NCBI GenBank assembly: GCA_051294905.1
Contig: CM119372.1
Coordinates: 18,664,001 to 18,728,000 of the forward strand
DNA length: 64,000 bases
Source: Botryllus schlosseri
Lineage: Eukaryota
Direction of reading: 5' to 3'
Position 1 is the stretch's first letter. Each line of letters begins with the position of its first letter. Shown here piece by piece: positions 59,874 through 64,000 of this stretch. The notes under the pieces were generated by a model. It saw only the letters and a list, made by a program, of their open reading frames with translations. It searched no databases and had not been told where the DNA came from. Position numbers and translations under genes: made by a program.

Positions 59874-62833
59874 ATGGCGACACCAAGAGCTCAAACGAAA
59901 AAACGGAAGTATGTCCTGTTCAAAACTGCAATTCCTGTACCACTGATACATTGATTTAATCTAGTGATAAAAGCCACGGATCACCCTCTACTCCGCTTAG
60001 CCCTTCGGTTATCACAAGGACAGAGGAGAGGGACCAGATGGTCAATTTGAATAACCGCCTGGCAGCTTACATCGAGAAGATAAGATCTTTGGAGACAGAG
60101 AATCGCCGACTTCAGGTGCAAGTGCAGGCCTTCGAGGAGAGTTCCAGTCGAGAGGTATGCGAGATATATTTTGAACTGAACGCTACCTAATATGTAGTAA
60201 AATTTGCCTTGTTTTCTATATTGTTTGTGCTGTTTTTGAAGTACAATATCGCAAAGGGCCATGTTTGGATGGCATAAGGTATTGAGAGTGACAAATTTGT
60301 ATGAAATACCCCATTTGTGTTATAGTCTTGTTATTATCTCGAAGTGTAGTGTGATTGTATAATTTGTGTCAAAAGTGCCGTGGACTCTGCTCTGGTGTCT
60401 TGACCTTGTCGTCTTGCGCCTTGTTATTCTTGCATAAATTTGATTCTTTTTATTGCCAAAATACTTGTCGTCTTTGCTTGCATCACCTATGAATCGCTAT
60501 AATAATCAGAAGTCAATTTTGGTCTCATTGAGGTACAGTTGGCCCAGTAGTTAAGAGTTATTTGATGTATGTACTATTGAGTAAGGAGTATTGATACACA
60601 CATTTTTTCCATGACTTGGTATGTTGTAGGGATTTTAGAACAAAAAAGACTAGCATTGAAAGAGTGCTTGGACTTGACAAGTCTGTTGTACTGCAGCGCT
60701 TGCTAATAGGTTGAAATATCTTCTTCTGAATGTTTCATTTTGTCAGTTTGCCACCTATATAAGGAAATTAACTGATTGCACCTGTTTGTTTCACTTCTTC
60801 TTATTCTCTAGGGACTGTGACTCTATCATGAGATGATTTCATGATGTGTTATTCCGACGTGCGGTTTCTGTTCACGTTTGGTATAGAAAGTCCTACCAGA
60901 CATTCTAAGCAAGTCTCATGTGACCTCAGGTCGAGTCACTCCTAGACTGAACAAAAGGCATACTTGGTATGCTTACACTGGCATATCTTAACTGCTTACA
61001 CAATTGGAAGAGATGACATAGTGCTCGTAGTATATTATTCGTCACACTCCACTGCCAATATGGAATTATATGCTCAGGTTACTGAAAACGCTATGCGAAT
61101 GTTTGGACACACCTTACACTGTTATTTGGACAGGGTTATTACATACTGAAATATGCAGACACCTGCCATAAAAATTCTAGTATTTGTGTCAACCATCATT
61201 GAGATATAGAATCTATCTATCTCTGATACAATGCCCATGTCCTATCAACTCACTAACATATTCAAGGATGCCACTTTCTGTGTATAGCATGGGTACTTAA
61301 CACAGTTCAACTCCAGTGGATAAATTAGGGAGGATGAACTAGATTTTTAAAAGAAGTATGGTATGAGTGATCAATAGTAACAATGCAAGATTGGAAGATG
61401 GACTGGCAGCAAACAAGAAACAATGGTTTGACCCGGTGACGAAATATTAATTCCGATTTGCTTCACATGTTTAGAACCAGCCCGTTTCAAGAGATGCAAC
61501 CAATCCAACTCGTTAAATTACTGAGAGCATAATATTATGTGCATTTTGATTTTTAGCAATTTTTCAACTATTGCCAGGCTGTGTTATTTTTGGCATATGC
61601 CAAAACTGCCAAAAATAGCTTATTTTTGGCATTTTTCAATTTTTATTTTTGGCAGTTTTGGCATCGACTTCTAAATAGACATTTTCAGACTCGAATTAGT
61701 CATAAAAACGCTTTATTTGGGGCAGTTTATCAAAAAATGTGCAGCATCCACTAGTAATCAGTACCAACAAACAATAATAAGAAGGAAAAACCTAGTGATT
61801 ACATCGGTTCATAATATCAAACGAAACCAAAAAATGTGCAGTATCGATTCGAATCGGTGCCAATAAGCAAAAGGAATGAGAAGTCTAACAAATACGATAA
61901 ACACCTGATTGTTAAATTGTTTGCACTGTAACAGTGCTTCTAAACTCAGGTCAGCAAAGTTTCTCCTGAATTAATTTTTCACCCAACGAAATTTGGGGGT
62001 TCCATATCCATGAGCAGAATACAATTTATACTCTAGTAATCAGTACGGCGGAAGCTTTCCATTGATACCCGTTTTATCAAATTTAGCGCTCGGCAAGCTG
62101 GTCAAAAATGGCCGTAAAATTGCCTTTGGACGAATGGAAAGTATGACGTAAACCAAGTGCAGTCAGCCGTTCAATCTCGCTGTGCCCACACCATTTAGGA
62201 CACCATACTTTCTCCCCTAATGGGTGGGCTGGACCCATAGAGTAAGAAACCTGCCCTTCACACACGCTCTTCTCGCTTGTAATTCGGTCCTGTTAACACA
62301 ACACCATGAACGAAATACACTATTGGCAGGCCGTGTTATTTTTGGCATTTGCCAAAAATTGGTTATTTTTGGCATTTTCAAATTTTTATTTTTGGCAGTT
62401 TTGGCATCTGGCTCCTGAAATGCCAAAAATAACACGGCCTGACTATTGCTGACCAGTCCTTGATCATACACTTTTATTATTCCAATTCAAGTTACACCTC
62501 CAATCAATGATTCTTCTATTTGAATTGCTACATGAACACATTACCCTTGAAATCTTATACAGTGTACACAGTGATCCATTTCACATGTTTATTATGGTTT
62601 TGTGCTACTGTTGTTACCCATGTAGTTTAAATGTGATGTGCTACTTTTTTCGGAGTGAAACAAATCTCCCATGTGCCTGTCTATGAATTATAATAGGTGA
62701 CAAATGTGAAGGAGATGTATGAAAATGAGCTGAGGGAAGCTCGCAATATCCTCGACGATGTGGCCAAAGAAAAGGCCCAACTGCAAATAGAGATTAGCAC
62801 GCTGAGAGACCGGGCGGACTCGGAAACGACTAG
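59874..62833 (+). CDS. LMNB: Nuclear lamin (B-type-like), 5' part: coding exons 1-3; the gene continues beyond the window
   Basis: Exons 59874-59908, 59965-60154 and 62697-62833 (GT-AG) splice in frame to MATPRAQTKKRNDKSHGSPSTPLSPSVITRTEERDQMVNLNNRLAAYIEKIRSLETENRRLQVQVQAFEESSSREVTNVKEMYENELREARNILDDVAKEKAQLQIEISTLRDRADSETTR. This carries the lamin head Cdk1 site TPLSP, coil-1A LNxRLAxYIxKxRxLE and coil-1B YExELxxARxxLDxxAKExAxLQ. Confidence 0.92.
61575..62441. mobile_element. hAT-like MITE with TTGGCA/TGCCAA arrays in lamin intron 2
   Basis: TIRs CAGGCTGTGTTATTTTTGGCA / TGCCAAAAATAACACGGCCTG; perfect TSD ACTATTGC (61567-61574, 62442-62449). Confidence 0.92.
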
Positions 62834-64000
62834 GTATAATTAGAGTTCATGAATTGTTGGCATGCATTCACGAATTGAGAGAACAATTCAGTTGCGACAT
62901 GATATTTATTTTCAATTTTTCAATGAGTCATTACGAATAGAGCCTACTTCTGACAATACGTCTTCAGTGACCTATCGTGATATCGACTTGTATCTTTGAT
63001 TTGTGCTGTGAAGTGTGAGTTTCTGTCACGCACAGGATGTCACTGTTCAATGCTCGTGACATATTTCTGGTAATCAATGTATTGCGCTTGCTGCGTTCAC
63101 GTACCTGCGTAGTAAATGTGCTTATGGTAGTATAACCACTACGCGTACCCTATGCCAACAAAGACCGGCAGTGATCGCTTGTCGTGTTTCTAGTTCTACC
63201 CGCGGGGAGACGAAGATATTATCTTTTTAATGTCGCCAGACCGTAAGGCTCTCGATTCTGCCGGTGACGCGTTGGTATATCTTGTCGCTCTAATTCGCGG
63301 AGGTTTGACGCCGGTTCTGGCATCGCTGGAATAGCGGCAACGCCCAGTCGCCGCTAATAACAGTGGATCTGTTTGCCGACGCCGGTGTTTCACAAAGCTC
63401 GCGAACTGTTATTTCTGCGATCCGCCGATTTAACACGGCGTCACGCTGTGCGTGAGTCGACAGACATTCTAACTGCGACGCGTAACAGCAAAGGGATTTC
63501 GCGTTTTGCGATGATTGCAATTCCACAATATCGCGTTAGCGCGGTTGCGTAATGGGACACAAAACCGTACCGTGCTGCTTCTTAATTGCGTGCCCGTGTC
63601 GGGCTTGCTTATATATTATATATAGATTGGTGGCGCGCGTGTTCGGGGAAACAGTGTCTCGCATTTAAAGTAAATTTAGGCGATCACGCAATGCGTTAGT
63701 GCTAGAACGGGTGCTTATCCTGTTTCTCCCTCTGCTCATGTCACAATCCCGTAATTTGTAGACAGTCGATGTGAATTTGTTAATTACGTACATTGTGTCA
63801 CCAAAGAAACCGACCGGACAAGGGCTGTATTCATGACAGCATGGTGTCGTTTTTAAAAATTAAATTTCCACCTCATCTCTAATAGAAATTAATGCAGTCT
63901 ACTAGGAACCAATGTTCTAAAAAGCTGAGGGTGGGCCTACTTAACGATTTCCAGTGAAATTCGACCGTCGGTAAGTTAGGGCGCAAGTGACACATTTGGC

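Noticed and set aside
63000..63600. Telomerase RNA, RNase P/MRP, 7SK or SRP RNA, or histone H2B (MPEPA... ORF on the minus strand)
   Set aside because: No CTAACCC-type template or hallmark motifs of these RNAs were found; the MPEPA ORF is only 34 codons with no histone fold.

Overview
This is AT-rich animal (eukaryotic) genomic DNA from an invertebrate. A tunicate is plausible given the 55-56 nt introns and lamin-type gene, but that is inference. Three host genes are supported: (i) an intronless two-EF-hand protein (22935-23507, -); (ii) a complete 5-exon REEP5/6 (DP1/Yop1) gene (26312-36637, +); (iii) the first three coding exons of a B-type nuclear lamin (59874->62833, +). Most of the remainder is a dense, deeply nested DNA-transposon landscape, with boundaries read from TIRs and target-site duplications (TSDs). 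It includes an apparently full-length Buster/Charlie-type hAT element with an uninterrupted ~605-aa transposase (2416-5564), inserted into a fossil Chapaev3-like transposon, plus several non-autonomous partners sharing its TIR. It also includes a THAP9/P-superfamily element with 98-bp TIRs and a 7-bp TSD inside a five-level nest (38129-50184), an internally deleted Ac-type hAT in a three-level nest, a CR1/L2-group LINE 3' end, a split tRNA-derived SINE, Kolobok-like and other foldback MITEs, and more than a dozen hAT MITE families, each with its own subterminal short-motif array. The 8118-bp direct repeat either side of the 100-N gap (11522-11621) looks like an assembly false duplication. No prokaryotic features (CRISPR, operons) and no rRNA or bona fide tRNA genes were seen.
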